A stretch of 64,000 nt of DNA from Candidatus Vogelbacteria bacterium (GCA_903864935.1 CAIPHT010000015.1:6618-70617); one strand, 5' to 3'; shown: positions 7,199-17,213, counted from the stretch's first letter. Numbers and translations: made by a program. Notes: a model not told the origin generated them from the sequence alone.

Positions 7199-8116
7199 AT
7201 GGTTTGGATTAATATCAAAAGAATTCTTAAGCTTGGTTTTGTCAATTTTTGGCGCAACGGCTTAGTCTCGGTGGCTTCGGTCTTTGCTATGACCATTACT
7301 CTATTTGCGATTGGTTCTATTTATCTGGGGACTAATTTCTTAAACTCAGCTTTGAGCGAAGTTAAGAATAAGGTGGATATTAGTATTGCCTTCAAGCTTG
7401 ATGCGCCAGAGGATCAAATTGTCGCCTTGCAAAAAGATTTGACTCTTTTGCCCGAAGTTAAAGAAGTTGTTTATTCTTCTAAGGATCAAGAGCTCACCGC
7501 TTTTCGTGCTCGGCATCAAGACAACGCTGTTTTAATTGGTTCTCTCGACGAAGTTGGCAATCCTTTTGGCGCGCGACTTAATATCCGAGCAGTTGATCCG
7601 ACCCAATATGAAAAAATTGCTCGCTTTATCGGTACTAAGAACGACCCGTCCACGGGTGGCGGCAACATTATTGATCAGGTTAGTTATAAGAAAGATGTTG
7701 TCGACAAGATGGCTGATCTTATAAACACGAGTCAGCGTGTTGGTTGGGCAGTGGCTCTGGTTCTAGCCTTGCTTTCTATTTTTGCCGTCTTTAATACCAT
7801 CTCTCTCGCTATCTATACTTCGCGCGAAGAAATCTCAGTGATGCGTCTAGTGGGGGCCGGCAACCCCTACGTTAAAGGTCCCTTTATGATTGAGGGCGTT
7901 ATTGCTGGAGTTATTGCTTCACTCTTGGCCCTAATCTTGCTCTACCCGAGTGTGCTCTGGGTGAGAGATACCACCGTGGGTGTTTATGGAGGGATTAATC
8001 TCGTCTCTTTCTACTTCAGCAATTTTGGTATTATTCTTGTCTTGTTGTTGGGCTCGGGCATTCTTCTTGGACTTCTCGCCAGCTACTGGGCTGTTCGTCG
8101 TTACGCCAAAATTTAA
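7199..8116 (+). CDS. ftsX: Cell-division permease FtsX
   Basis: Four-TM FtsX-like topology with a large periplasmic loop, directly downstream of ftsE. Confidence 0.85.
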   Translation: MVWINIKRILKLGFVNFWRNGLVSVASVFAMTITLFAIGSIYLGTNFLNSALSEVKNKVDISIAFKLDAPEDQIVALQKDLTLLPEVKEVVYSSKDQELTAFRARHQDNAVLIGSLDEVGNPFGARLNIRAVDPTQYEKIARFIGTKNDPSTGGGNIIDQVSYKKDVVDKMADLINTSQRVGWAVALVLALLSIFAVFNTISLAIYTSREEISVMRLVGAGNPYVKGPFMIEGVIAGVIASLLALILLYPSVLWVRDTTVGVYGGINLVSFYFSNFGIILVLLLGSGILLGLLASYWAVRRYAKI

Positions 8117-8230
8117 ATAAAATCATATGAAAGACACCAACATCTCCTCCCCACCATAAACAGGGGGATGAGGCCCGTTGGTTCTTTTTGTTATATTAAT
8201 AAAGTCATTGTCTAATTTTTAAAAAGTAAG

Positions 8231-9886
8231 ATGAAAAAGCACAAGTATATTTTTGTTTTAGGGGGAGTGATGTCGGGTGTTGGTAAGGGGGTGACGGCGT
8301 CGTCAATTGGGAAGATCCTGCAATCGCGCGGTTATAAAGTTAATCCGATCAAGATTGACCCGTATCTTAATGTCGATGCCGGGACAATGAATCCGATTGA
8401 GCATGGCGAAGTCTTCGTGCTTGATTCGGGGCTCGAGTGCGATCAAGATATGGGCAATTATGAGCGCTTCTTGGACGTGAGTGTGCCCCATGAGAGTTAT
8501 ATGACAAGTGGCATGGTCTATAAATATGTGATTGATAAAGAGCGAGCCCTAGGTTATGGCGGTCGTTGTGTGGACCCCGTGCCTTTTATCGGTGAAGAGA
8601 TTTATCGTCGCATTAATCTCTCGATTAAGAAGACAGGCTCAGACATTACCATTATTGAGATTGGGGGGACAATTGGTGAATATCAGAATGTGATGTTTAT
8701 CGAAGCAGCCCGTGTGCTTAAATTAAGGAATCCTGAAGACGTGCTCTTTGTTCTCGTGAGTTACTTGCCGGTACCAAATAAGATTGGCGAGATGAAGACC
8801 AAACCAACTCAATCGGCCGTGCAAACTATGAACTCTTATGGTATCCATCCTGATATTATTATTGCTCGCGCTGATCGCCCGCTTGATACAAGACGCAAAG
8901 AGAAGATCGCTTTCATGAGTAATATCACGACCGAGAGCATTATCTCGGCGCCGGATATTGAGAGTATTTATGACATCCCCATTAATTTTGAGAAAGATCA
9001 TCTTGGTGAGCGTTTGCTGAAATTACTTAAACTTAAATCTAAAACCAGTGACCTTAAGGCTTGGGCCAAGATGACCGAGAAAGTTAAGAAAGCGAAGACT
9101 GAGGTAAGGATTGGGATTGTGGGGAAATATTTCAAAACGGGGGACTTCGTTTTATCAGATGTTTATATTTCAGTAATCGAATCGCTTAAGCACGCGGCGA
9201 CCTCTCTTGATAAGAAGGTGAAAATTGATTGGCTCGATTCACATGATTATGAAGAGGATCCAAAGAAATTAAAAGATCTAAAAAAATATCAGGGCATCTT
9301 AGTGCCGGGGGGTTTCGGCGAGCGGGGGATAGAAGGTAAGATTCGCGCGATTCAATTTGCGAGAGAGAACAAGATTCCTTATTTTGGTTTGTGTTATGGG
9401 ATGCAATTAGCGGTCATTGAATTTGCCCGTCACGTGGTGGGGCTTAAAGACGCCCACACGACCGAGATTAATCCCGAGACCAAGAATCCGGTGGTGGTGA
9501 TTATGGATGAACAGCGCAAGCTTATGGCGAATAAGAATTATGGGGGCACTATGCGCCTCGGGGCCTATCCTTGTCTTCTTAAGCCCAAAACCATTGCCCT
9601 AGAGGCCTACAAGGCCGGTGGGAGGCTAGAGAAGGGGGATAAAATCAGCGAACGTCACAGACACCGCTTCGAGGTGAATCCGGCCTATGTCGAGCAATTG
9701 GAGGCCAAGGGGCTCGTTTTCTCCGGTACTTCGCCCAATGGTGTCTTGATGGAGATTGCCGAGTTGCCTCGCAAAGATCACCCCTTCTTCTTAGGTTCCC
9801 AATTCCACCCTGAGTTCAAATCCTCACCCTTAAATCCCCACCCACTCTTCGTGGAGTTCGTAAAATCCGCCAGCAGACAAAAATAA
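8231..9886 (+). CDS. pyrG: CTP synthase
   Basis: N-terminal synthetase domain (YIFVLGGVMSGVGKGVTASS) and a C-terminal class-I glutamine amidotransferase domain (GLCYGMQ...H..E). Confidence 0.95.
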   Translation: MKKHKYIFVLGGVMSGVGKGVTASSIGKILQSRGYKVNPIKIDPYLNVDAGTMNPIEHGEVFVLDSGLECDQDMGNYERFLDVSVPHESYMTSGMVYKYVIDKERALGYGGRCVDPVPFIGEEIYRRINLSIKKTGSDITIIEIGGTIGEYQNVMFIEAARVLKLRNPEDVLFVLVSYLPVPNKIGEMKTKPTQSAVQTMNSYGIHPDIIIARADRPLDTRRKEKIAFMSNITTESIISAPDIESIYDIPINFEKDHLGERLLKLLKLKSKTSDLKAWAKMTEKVKKAKTEVRIGIVGKYFKTGDFVLSDVYISVIESLKHAATSLDKKVKIDWLDSHDYEEDPKKLKDLKKYQGILVPGGFGERGIEGKIRAIQFARENKIPYFGLCYGMQLAVIEFARHVVGLKDAHTTEINPETKNPVVVIMDEQRKLMANKNYGGTMRLGAYPCLLKPKTIALEAYKAGGRLEKGDKISERHRHRFEVNPAYVEQLEAKGLVFSGTSPNGVLMEIAELPRKDHPFFLGSQFHPEFKSSPLNPHPLFVEFVKSASRQK

Positions 9887-9935
9887 TCAAGGGCGTGCCT
9901 TGATTAAAAAATAGGCTAGTCTTATAATTATCTTC

Positions 9936-10610
9936 ATGCAAAGAAATTTTTCTTTTAGTGTGGGAGAAATTTATCATCTTTATAATCGCGGAGTTAATAA
10001 ACAGCCTATTTTTTTAAATGAACATGACAGAGTTCGTTTTTTAATTTTGCTTTATCTTTGCAACGGGAGCAATGATGTCCATATTAGTAACAATAATCAA
10101 GGGCGTGCCTTGATTGAGCGAGAGTACTTTGATCTAGATAAGGGGGAGCCTCTTGTTGAAATTATTGCTTACTGCTTAATGCCAAATCATTTTCACCTTT
10201 TAGTTAAGGAAAAAGAAGAGGGTGGTATTTCTAAATTTATGTTGAAGCTTCTGACTGGCTATGGAATGTATTTTAACAAAAGAAATCAAAGAACCGGACC
10301 AATTTTTGAAGGTCGTTTTAAAGCGAAACATGTTTTTGAAGATTCTTATTTAGAATACTTGCTTGCTTATATTCATTTGAATCCTGTTAAAATAAAAGAT
10401 GAAGAAGGTTGGAATGGAAAAAGTATCCCTGATCTAGCTAGGGCGAAGGAATTCCTTGAAGACTATCGATTTTCTAGCTACCTATTTTTTCTCGGTCAAG
10501 ATCGGCCAGAAAATAGCATTTTTAATATTGAAGCTTTATCAGAAGAAGTTTTGGGAGAGCAAAAAAATCTTAAAGAGTTAGTTAAGCTTTGGTCAGACTT
10601 TGAAGTTTAG
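9936..10610 (+). CDS. IS200/IS605-family or REP-associated tyrosine (Y1, HUH) transposase
   Basis: HUH motif PNHFHLLV and catalytic-Tyr region YLLAYIHLNPV (COG1943-like). Confidence 0.7.
   Translation: MQRNFSFSVGEIYHLYNRGVNKQPIFLNEHDRVRFLILLYLCNGSNDVHISNNNQGRALIEREYFDLDKGEPLVEIIAYCLMPNHFHLLVKEKEEGGISKFMLKLLTGYGMYFNKRNQRTGPIFEGRFKAKHVFEDSYLEYLLAYIHLNPVKIKDEEGWNGKSIPDLARAKEFLEDYRFSSYLFFLGQDRPENSIFNIEALSEEVLGEQKNLKELVKLWSDFEV
10095..10115 (+). repeat. Third copy of the REP-like hairpin, in frame inside the transposase ORF (it encodes NNQGRALI)
   Basis: The 24-nt string aataatcaagggcgtgccttgatt is identical to the left flanking copy at 9882-9905. Confidence 0.75.
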
Positions 10611-10638
10611 ATAAAAAATAATCAAGGCACGCCCTTGA

Positions 10639-11835
10639 TTATTGGGGAGAGGTTTGATTTTTTAATTCTTCAACAATTTGCTCGTGAGATTTTCTCTTTG
10701 GCCAGACTAAATTACCATCAGTATCATAAATAGGGATTAAGAGCTCCGGGGTATGGCCATACGTTCTTAGTAAAAGATTTCCTAAATCATCAACAACTCT
10801 GTCTGCATCAATAAAGTCTTTTTCGCGAAGAGAGATTAGGTCAATGACAATCCCTCTAAAAGATGTTGGTTTTATGCTTGGAGTTAACACAAAACCATAT
10901 TCAGAGGTTGGAACAGGCCGGCCTTCTTCATTGAAGCTCCCAACCATATACCCTTTTTTGTTTCTTAAATCTTCCCTGGTAAGATCTCTGCCTTGAGCTT
11001 TTTTCATTTCTTCGTAAAGACCAAAGAGTTGGGGGTCATTGTGTTGGTATTTTTTCCCCTCAATAATTTTGTCTTTATTTCTGTAAATAGAACTTTCTTT
11101 CCCTTCGCCAGGTAACTCATCGAAAGATTCTATGTCGAATAGTAAGGCAATAGAATTTGGAGAAATCCAGTGAGAACTAGCAATTTCAGTTTTACCTATA
11201 GAAAAATATTTTTTTTCATGTCCGCCTCGACCAGTTATATTAAAATGAACAAAAACATTTTTACCCCCTTCAGGGGATCGGTTCTTCTCATATGAAGTTA
11301 GGGCCTTATCTATAAAACCTTCTCTATCTAGGCGATCATCGTCTTCATAATTTAATCCCAATAACCCACGATTTAAGATTCTTCTTATGTTAAACAATTC
11401 TTTTCTCCAGTCTTCCTCGAAAGCTTCTTTCTCCCGTTCCGGCAAACTGTTCCACATTTCCCATATTTCTTGTTCAACTTGAACTCTGGTCTTTCCTTTT
11501 GTTGGCCAATCTCTTGTTTTTTGCTCGGCTTCTTTCGCTAATCTGTTAGATTTCCATATTGCAGCTATATTCGAATAGGCGGTCCCTTTTGCGTCAATAT
11601 CCTGGACTTTAGTCATAATCTTTTCGATCACCTCTGGTGTTAATTTAATTTCTCCTTTATGAGGGACAGCTTCTCTCCGTTTAATATCCAACAATTCATC
11701 TTCAAGATCATATTGACCGCCAGAAAATGAACCTTTTTGTCCTGGATGTTTTTCACCAAGACTTGTTCTTAATTCCTCGGCTTCTTTGAGGGCGTCGCCT
11801 AAATTTAGTGGTTTTTGTTCAAATTTTTCAGGCAT
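10639..11835 (-). CDS. Hypothetical protein (398 aa)
   Basis: Long clean ORF with no recognisable motif. Confidence 0.5.
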   Translation of the reverse strand: MPEKFEQKPLNLGDALKEAEELRTSLGEKHPGQKGSFSGGQYDLEDELLDIKRREAVPHKGEIKLTPEVIEKIMTKVQDIDAKGTAYSNIAAIWKSNRLAKEAEQKTRDWPTKGKTRVQVEQEIWEMWNSLPEREKEAFEEDWRKELFNIRRILNRGLLGLNYEDDDRLDREGFIDKALTSYEKNRSPEGGKNVFVHFNITGRGGHEKKYFSIGKTEIASSHWISPNSIALLFDIESFDELPGEGKESSIYRNKDKIIEGKKYQHNDPQLFGLYEEMKKAQGRDLTREDLRNKKGYMVGSFNEEGRPVPTSEYGFVLTPSIKPTSFRGIVIDLISLREKDFIDADRVVDDLGNLLLRTYGHTPELLIPIYDTDGNLVWPKRKSHEQIVEELKNQTSPQ

Positions 11836-11849
11836 AATTTTCTAAGTAA

Positions 11850-12563
11850 CTAAATTAATTTCCCTAGGTAGTGATTGAGCGTATAAATCCAATCTTCGTC
11901 ATCGGCTTCGCCCTCTAATTTTTGCTTCAGGAGCCATTCGAGATAACCGCGGTCGGTCTTGGCGACATCGGCGATAGCTTCGTCTTTGTGCTTGCCAAAA
12001 TTAAACTTCTTGTAGAGAGCCGGCGTGTTCGAAATCTTAATCATCTTCGCGATGGTCTCGTCGTCACTTAAGCCCTCGGACTTAATCTTTTGGAATTGAC
12101 GGTTGAAGATGGCTTCGAGCACATTCACATCACCTTCGGCATCATGCGCCCCACCCTCGATCTCAAGATCAAGGTAATAGCGTAAGAATTGCAAATTATA
12201 CTCGGGGATAATCGCCTCGGTATCAAGATAGCGAGCCACGCGCAGGGTACAAATAAAGTGGGGGACCTTGAGACCCTCGGCCTCGAGAATAGCGATATCA
12301 AACTTGGCATTATGGGCGATTAAGACGTGGTCGGCGAGCAAGGTCTCTAGTTCTTGCTTCATAGCGCTACCTTCGAAGGCAGGTTTGTCTTCAACCATCT
12401 TGTTAGTGATGTGGGTGATACTTGATGACTTGGTTGAGATAGGAAGCGGTGGTTTGAAGTATTCGGTTCTGGTCCCGTCTTTGGTGCGATAACAGACTTG
12501 GCAGAGACGATCCTTGGCCACTTCATTGCCGGTGGTCTCAGTGTCTAAGAAAAGTAGATTCAT
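11850..12563 (-). CDS. DEDDh 3'-5' exonuclease (DnaQ/ExoX-like) with an ExoX-like C-terminal domain
   Basis: Exo I FLDTETTG, Exo II HNAKFDIAIL, Exo III HDAEGDVNV, and a C-terminal FNFGKHKDEAIADVAKTDRGYLEWL. Confidence 0.75.
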   Translation of the reverse strand: MNLLFLDTETTGNEVAKDRLCQVCYRTKDGTRTEYFKPPLPISTKSSSITHITNKMVEDKPAFEGSAMKQELETLLADHVLIAHNAKFDIAILEAEGLKVPHFICTLRVARYLDTEAIIPEYNLQFLRYYLDLEIEGGAHDAEGDVNVLEAIFNRQFQKIKSEGLSDDETIAKMIKISNTPALYKKFNFGKHKDEAIADVAKTDRGYLEWLLKQKLEGEADDEDWIYTLNHYLGKLI

Positions 12564-12575
12564 ATTGTTTTATCT

Positions 12576-13214
12576 TTAGTTGCGATTAATGCCTTCGATT
12601 AATTTTGGTTTGCCACTGGTGTCGATAATTCGTGCCGGGGCGCTGTAGTTATCCGTCTTAATCTTGCTTTGATCTAAAGTGAGGACTTTGGTTTGGGCGT
12701 CATCAACTATTTTTTTGTAACCATCAATTTGAGTTTGGGTTAAGCCTGAATCCTCCGGAGAGAGTCCGCTGATCGCTGCGCTGAGATCGTTGAGGTAATC
12801 TAAAACAATCTTACGATTTTCTTCGGAGAGACTCTGGAGACTTGAGTTAGAGAGAGACCCTGGTTCGGCGATAAGTTTGGCCCAGTCTTGGAGGAGCTTG
12901 TTTAACTCGGCTCTTTTGGTATTGATTAACTTTTTATCATTAAGATTAGCCAGACGAATTTTGATCTCGGGGTTAGGCCCTAGGGGGTTAGAGAAGAGAC
13001 TGTCGGTCCCTGATTGAAGGGCGTCTCTTGCTCCGATATAAGTTAGGGCGGGGATATTAGAGCTTTGGTTGCTGGAGTTTTCTTGAATCATTTTTTCGAT
13101 CTTGGCGTCACTTGTTGCTTGGGGAGTAATGGCCGGGCTCATCTTGTGGAAGAACCAAAAGCCAATAATAATGATTATTAAGATAAGGCTAGTGATTAAA
13201 AATATTTTTTTCAT
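12576..13214 (-). CDS. Hypothetical membrane-anchored protein
   Basis: N-terminal TM helix followed by a low-complexity Ser/Asn-rich region. Confidence 0.5.
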   Translation of the reverse strand: MKKIFLITSLILIIIIIGFWFFHKMSPAITPQATSDAKIEKMIQENSSNQSSNIPALTYIGARDALQSGTDSLFSNPLGPNPEIKIRLANLNDKKLINTKRAELNKLLQDWAKLIAEPGSLSNSSLQSLSEENRKIVLDYLNDLSAAISGLSPEDSGLTQTQIDGYKKIVDDAQTKVLTLDQSKIKTDNYSAPARIIDTSGKPKLIEGINRN

Positions 13215-13232
13215 TCCATTTATCTTACACTA

Positions 13233-13958
13233 CTAATGAGCTTGGGTGAAGAGGACACGGGCAGGCCCGTCAGCCTTCTTGGTCTTCTCGTTATAGTCGT
13301 GGAAAGAACTTATAAATAATTGGTAACCATAGCGATGACCATTGCCCTGCTTAAGATCCCCCGGGTCGTTTGTTAAGAACTCCTGCTTGCTGTCATCATA
13401 ACCACGAATCACCATCACGTGATAGGAGGAACCATTCGGAGCAAAGGGGATATTGGGGTTCTTAAGATCAAAACCGTGGTGGAAGCTGACAACAGGGTGA
13501 CCTTCTCTCAATTCATTTTTAATTTCTTCGAGCGTTGGATTATCTTTTATTACAGCGCGATAAGATTCATAATTATTTATCAGATAAGCCGTGCGCAGGG
13601 CAGAGGAGTTGTCGTTGCTACCATAGAGTTTGTCTTGGGTGGCAAAAAGAATTTTCATTGCCTCGACGGCAGTGCTTGTGCTAATGGTCTTATCACCTTG
13701 GTAGAACTTCGCAATCATGGTCATGCTGGCCTCTTCGCAGGCGTTGACCCAGGGGCGTTTCTCTATCCCCTCGGGCATCTCGCTGGCATAAGGAACGGGC
13801 AAGTCTACTTTATTAGCAATAGTGACAAAACTTTGTTCGCTTGATTTTGTTGGAAGCTTAATTTCAAAATGCGTAATTAAGCCATAGGCAATTAGGCCGA
13901 TAGAAAAGATAAAGAGAATTAAATAAGTAAAAAACTGTTTTGGCGTAAACATGTTCAA
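13233..13958 (-). CDS. Membrane-anchored protein with a C39-like (papain-fold) cysteine peptidase domain
   Basis: N-terminal TM helix, a Cys in PWVNACEEASMTM and a His in SSYHVMVIRGYDD. Confidence 0.4.
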   Translation of the reverse strand: MNMFTPKQFFTYLILFIFSIGLIAYGLITHFEIKLPTKSSEQSFVTIANKVDLPVPYASEMPEGIEKRPWVNACEEASMTMIAKFYQGDKTISTSTAVEAMKILFATQDKLYGSNDNSSALRTAYLINNYESYRAVIKDNPTLEEIKNELREGHPVVSFHHGFDLKNPNIPFAPNGSSYHVMVIRGYDDSKQEFLTNDPGDLKQGNGHRYGYQLFISSFHDYNEKTKKADGPARVLFTQAH

Positions 13959-13964
13959 CCTGGA

Positions 13965-15098
13965 CTATTGATACTGAATAAAGCTTGGCTGAGGTTTAAC
14001 TCTCAAGACCTCGGTGGGGGTCATCATGCGGCCTCCCTCCTCTTTATAATCATTTTTATAGAAGAGCTTGAAGCCGGTAAATTGGATAGGATAATCGTAG
14101 ATGTAGTTTTTATAAGTATTCAATTTGCGCGCTTGCATGCCCCAGCCATCCATATCCATAACAATCTGAACTTCAGGCAAGGGCTTGATACTCATGGCGT
14201 TGGTCACCATGTTTTGGGTGAAGCGATGAACGATGAGAATCTTGGGTGGGAGATTGTTGTCGCGCACTAACTTGGCCAAATAATTGGCCGTCACATTTAC
14301 CTCGCTCCCGTCGACCGTGCCGATATAGTCGCCCGGCTTCTGGCCGTTCTTCATGCAAAATTCGGGATCAATCGCGAGGTGCACTTGAGGAAGTTTGAGA
14401 TAGGGTTCGAGGACCTTAATCTCTCGCTGGAGATTACCAAGGCCCGGTTGAACTTCTAAAATTACGATAGCCTGCTTCTTGGCGGCCATCTTGATAACCT
14501 TATCAATCTCGGTGCTTGGCATACGTAAGCTATAATCTCCGTCTTGTCCGGCACTGCCTTGGGCGGTAGCGACAATATAATCAAGCGCGGGTTGCACGGG
14601 GGTATTGGGGTCAGCGAGTTCCCACTTCTTAATCTCAACTTCGAGACGTCTTAACATTTCCGCTTCGGGATACTCACCAAGAACCCCCATCCTGGTGGAG
14701 TAGAGGTTGCCATAATAAGCGACGACTCGTTTGAAGGGGAGGATGGCGCCGGCGTTAGGGTAAACGGCTTTGGCGGGCCAAAGACTTTTTATTTTTTTGG
14801 TCGAACTAGCGGTACTACTTGAGATTGTTGCTGAGGGAATATTTTTGCTGGTGGTGGCATTAGCTAATTGCCAGAGTTTGAGATCATAGGCGACCTTATC
14901 TAAGACAGGGACAGTGTTGACGGGCAGAGTACTGGTGGAGCTTGTGGCCTGATTGACTAAGGCGAGAGCCTCAGCTTGGTTATAGTGAGCGGGGAAGAGG
15001 TAGCCTGAATACATATAGCCAAAAACCAAAAAAGCGCCCAAAAAGGTTATTCCCATGATTCGAGTCCGAAACCCTTTATTGTGACGTTTTTTTGTCAT
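13965..15098 (-). CDS. Hypothetical membrane-anchored protein
   Basis: The start was set at MTKKRHNK (nt 15098) because the longer ORF overlaps the dedA-like gene. Confidence 0.45.
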   Translation of the reverse strand: MTKKRHNKGFRTRIMGITFLGAFLVFGYMYSGYLFPAHYNQAEALALVNQATSSTSTLPVNTVPVLDKVAYDLKLWQLANATTSKNIPSATISSSTASSTKKIKSLWPAKAVYPNAGAILPFKRVVAYYGNLYSTRMGVLGEYPEAEMLRRLEVEIKKWELADPNTPVQPALDYIVATAQGSAGQDGDYSLRMPSTEIDKVIKMAAKKQAIVILEVQPGLGNLQREIKVLEPYLKLPQVHLAIDPEFCMKNGQKPGDYIGTVDGSEVNVTANYLAKLVRDNNLPPKILIVHRFTQNMVTNAMSIKPLPEVQIVMDMDGWGMQARKLNTYKNYIYDYPIQFTGFKLFYKNDYKEEGGRMMTPTEVLRVKPQPSFIQYQ

Positions 15099-15681
15099 AC
15101 TGAGCCCTAATTGTAGCATAAATAAGGAAGATAACGATGAAGATGGCGAGGGGAACGAGAGTGAGGGTGGCCCCATAATTCTGAAATTGATCGCCAAAAA
15201 AATAACCGCCCAAGCTGAAGAGGGCGACATCTAGAGCTTCGCCGATGAGGTCAATAAGTAAAAATTTTTGGAAAGAGATATTGGAGGACAAACCTGACAG
15301 AACATTGACCACTGGCCCGGCCGCTGTGACAAAACGACTAAAAAAGATTGTGGGAACGGGATGTCTTTTGACATATTGCTCAGCTTCTCGGTAATAACGA
15401 TATCCGGCGACGCGCCTAATCCCCCTAAACTTCAGAACTTTTGGCCCGTAGAAACGAGCAAGAAGGAAACCCGAACAATCGCCCAAAACGAAGCCGAGAA
15501 AAGCGACCACGATGGTTAGAGGCAAACTAACATAACCGCTCCCGGCAAAGACGCTCATGGCGGTGAGGCTGGTGGTGGCTGGAAGGGGGAGGGCCAGAGA
15601 TGCTGTGAAGCAAATTAAAAATAGGGCCCAATACTTATAGACTAAGACGAAGGGGACTAAGGTATCAAGAAGGAGAGACAT
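15076..15681 (-). CDS. DedA/TVP38-family membrane protein
   Basis: VTT-domain motif FFSRFVTAAGPVVNVLSGLS plus multiple TM helices. Confidence 0.7.
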   Translation of the reverse strand: MSLLLDTLVPFVLVYKYWALFLICFTASLALPLPATTSLTAMSVFAGSGYVSLPLTIVVAFLGFVLGDCSGFLLARFYGPKVLKFRGIRRVAGYRYYREAEQYVKRHPVPTIFFSRFVTAAGPVVNVLSGLSSNISFQKFLLIDLIGEALDVALFSLGGYFFGDQFQNYGATLTLVPLAIFIVIFLIYATIRAQYDKKTSQ

Positions 15682-16027
15682 AGTTTAGGTAATTACCGAT
15701 GGCACTTCGAACTTCTTCTAAGAATTTGAGATGATCGAGCTTGTGGCGGTCGGCATAAGCCTCGATTGAGATATTGGGATACTTGCTGTCGGGAGCGGGG
15801 AGCTGGCTCTCGAGATAGGTTGGTGGAAGGCGGAAGACAAAATTGAGATAGTCAAAAGTGAGCCAAGACTGAACTCGCCCAAGATCGTTCTTGGTCCAGG
15901 CTTGATGTCTTTGTGTGGGGCGAAGATGGAGGGGCTGGCTTGTTTTGTTGACGAGAAAAGCGACGCCACCAAGAAGAATCATGACAATAATAAGTGCCAA
16001 AAGGATCTCTTGTTTGGGCTTCTCCAT
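15665..16027 (-). CDS. Hypothetical membrane-anchored protein
   Basis: Single N-terminal TM helix. Confidence 0.4.
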   Translation of the reverse strand: MEKPKQEILLALIIVMILLGGVAFLVNKTSQPLHLRPTQRHQAWTKNDLGRVQSWLTFDYLNFVFRLPPTYLESQLPAPDSKYPNISIEAYADRHKLDHLKFLEEVRSAIGNYLNYVSPS

Positions 16028-16046
16028 CTAGAAAGTATAGCGCAAT

Positions 16047-16631
16047 TTAGAAGCCGAAGATACGTCCAAAGAATTGTCTAAACATCCCAACTCGAGGGGC
16101 CACTCGTCTGTCGCTTGTTGTCGCTAGGGTTGAGCTAGCCTTCCCCTCCTTATGGCCAAATATTTTTTCTTTGTCACCAAGCTTGATTCTTGGTCCACCA
16201 AGTTGACCTTCACGAATCAAATTGGCGGTGACGCTGGTGCCACTCACTGTCCCAGCGATCATGACAGCGTTACCGACAGTGAGACCTGAGATTGTCCCGG
16301 TGGCATTGTTCTTGATTACAATTTTGGCTTTGCTGGCATCTACCGTGTAGCTAACTAAAGTTGAAGTACTATTGTTCCCCATCATGGCTCGGCCTTGGCG
16401 ACCAGAGACGGTGAGGGTTGTGCCGTTAATAGCGGTAATCGTGCCGAAGATGCCATTAAGACCCGGCTTTTCTCCTCGTACAAGGTTGCCAATCCCGCGC
16501 ATTAGGCCAGGTCGCCTCGCTTCGGGCTTGGTAGTGCTACCATTCTCGGCCGCCAGAGCTTGCCCGGCGAAGGCGGTGGCCGCAATAATGGCTAAACTTA
16601 AAGCGCCCAGGGCATATTTTTTGTTTTTCAT
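16047..16631 (-). CDS. Hypothetical secreted protein
   Basis: Signal peptide MKNKKYALGALSLAIIAATAFA followed by a Gly/Thr-rich beta-rich region. Confidence 0.5.
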   Translation of the reverse strand: MKNKKYALGALSLAIIAATAFAGQALAAENGSTTKPEARRPGLMRGIGNLVRGEKPGLNGIFGTITAINGTTLTVSGRQGRAMMGNNSTSTLVSYTVDASKAKIVIKNNATGTISGLTVGNAVMIAGTVSGTSVTANLIREGQLGGPRIKLGDKEKIFGHKEGKASSTLATTSDRRVAPRVGMFRQFFGRIFGF

Positions 16632-16730
16632 ATTTTTATTTTTCCCGTTAGACGGGTTTGATTAATAATCCTACCTTACTTCTTAATACGCACAAGGAAC
16701 TTAAAAAGTTTCAAAAATAGATGGGAGTTC

Positions 16731-17213
16731 TTATTTGTTGAACTCCGCTTCAGCCCGGGAGGCGAGATCCATGAGTTTAGAAATATCTTCGGTTGAGAAC
16801 TTGCGAGGTTTGGTATCCTTAATACATAGAACGCCAATATTCATTCCCATCTTGTCATAGAGAGCCACGCCGGCGTAGAAGCGAATATAAGGTTTGCCAA
16901 TGACCATGGGGTTATCTTTGAAACGTTCGTCCTCCAAAGCATCTTCAACAATGAAGACGTCTCGCGACAACATGGCATGAGCACAAAAAGAGATGGCTCG
17001 TGGTGCCTCGGTGCTGTCTAAACCTTGGCGAGACTTATACCACTCGCGGTCCTTGTCCATAATTGTGATTGTTGAAATAGGTACATTAAAAGCGGTCATC
17101 GCTTCACGAGTGATAGTATCGAAGCGTTCCTCTGGTGCACTATCTAGTAGCCCGAGGTCCATAATCTTCTTCAAGCGCTCGTCTTCATTTGTTGGTAATG
17201 GTGCTGATTGCAT
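16731..17213 (-). CDS. GAF domain protein
   Basis: GAF-like core of about 150 aa, resembling free-Met-R-sulfoxide reductase/GAF proteins. Confidence 0.65.
   Translation of the reverse strand: MQSAPLPTNEDERLKKIMDLGLLDSAPEERFDTITREAMTAFNVPISTITIMDKDREWYKSRQGLDSTEAPRAISFCAHAMLSRDVFIVEDALEDERFKDNPMVIGKPYIRFYAGVALYDKMGMNIGVLCIKDTKPRKFSTEDISKLMDLASRAEAEFNK

Larger units (their letters stand above)
9885..10643 (+). mobile_element. REP/RAYT-like module: an IS200-like Y1 (HUH) transposase gene flanked by inverted copies of a 21-nt hairpin
   Basis: Left hairpin aatcaagg-gcgtg-ccttgatt at 9885-9905. The right copy at 10621-10643 is its exact reverse complement (aatcaagg-cacgc-ccttgatt). The transposase ORF lies between them. 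Confidence 0.65.

Noticed and set aside
15099-15230. Longer N-terminal extension of the 13965..15098 gene (start at 15230)
   Set aside because: The extension overlaps the dedA-like CDS by about 150 nt. The internal MTKKRHNK start followed by a TM helix is the more plausible start.
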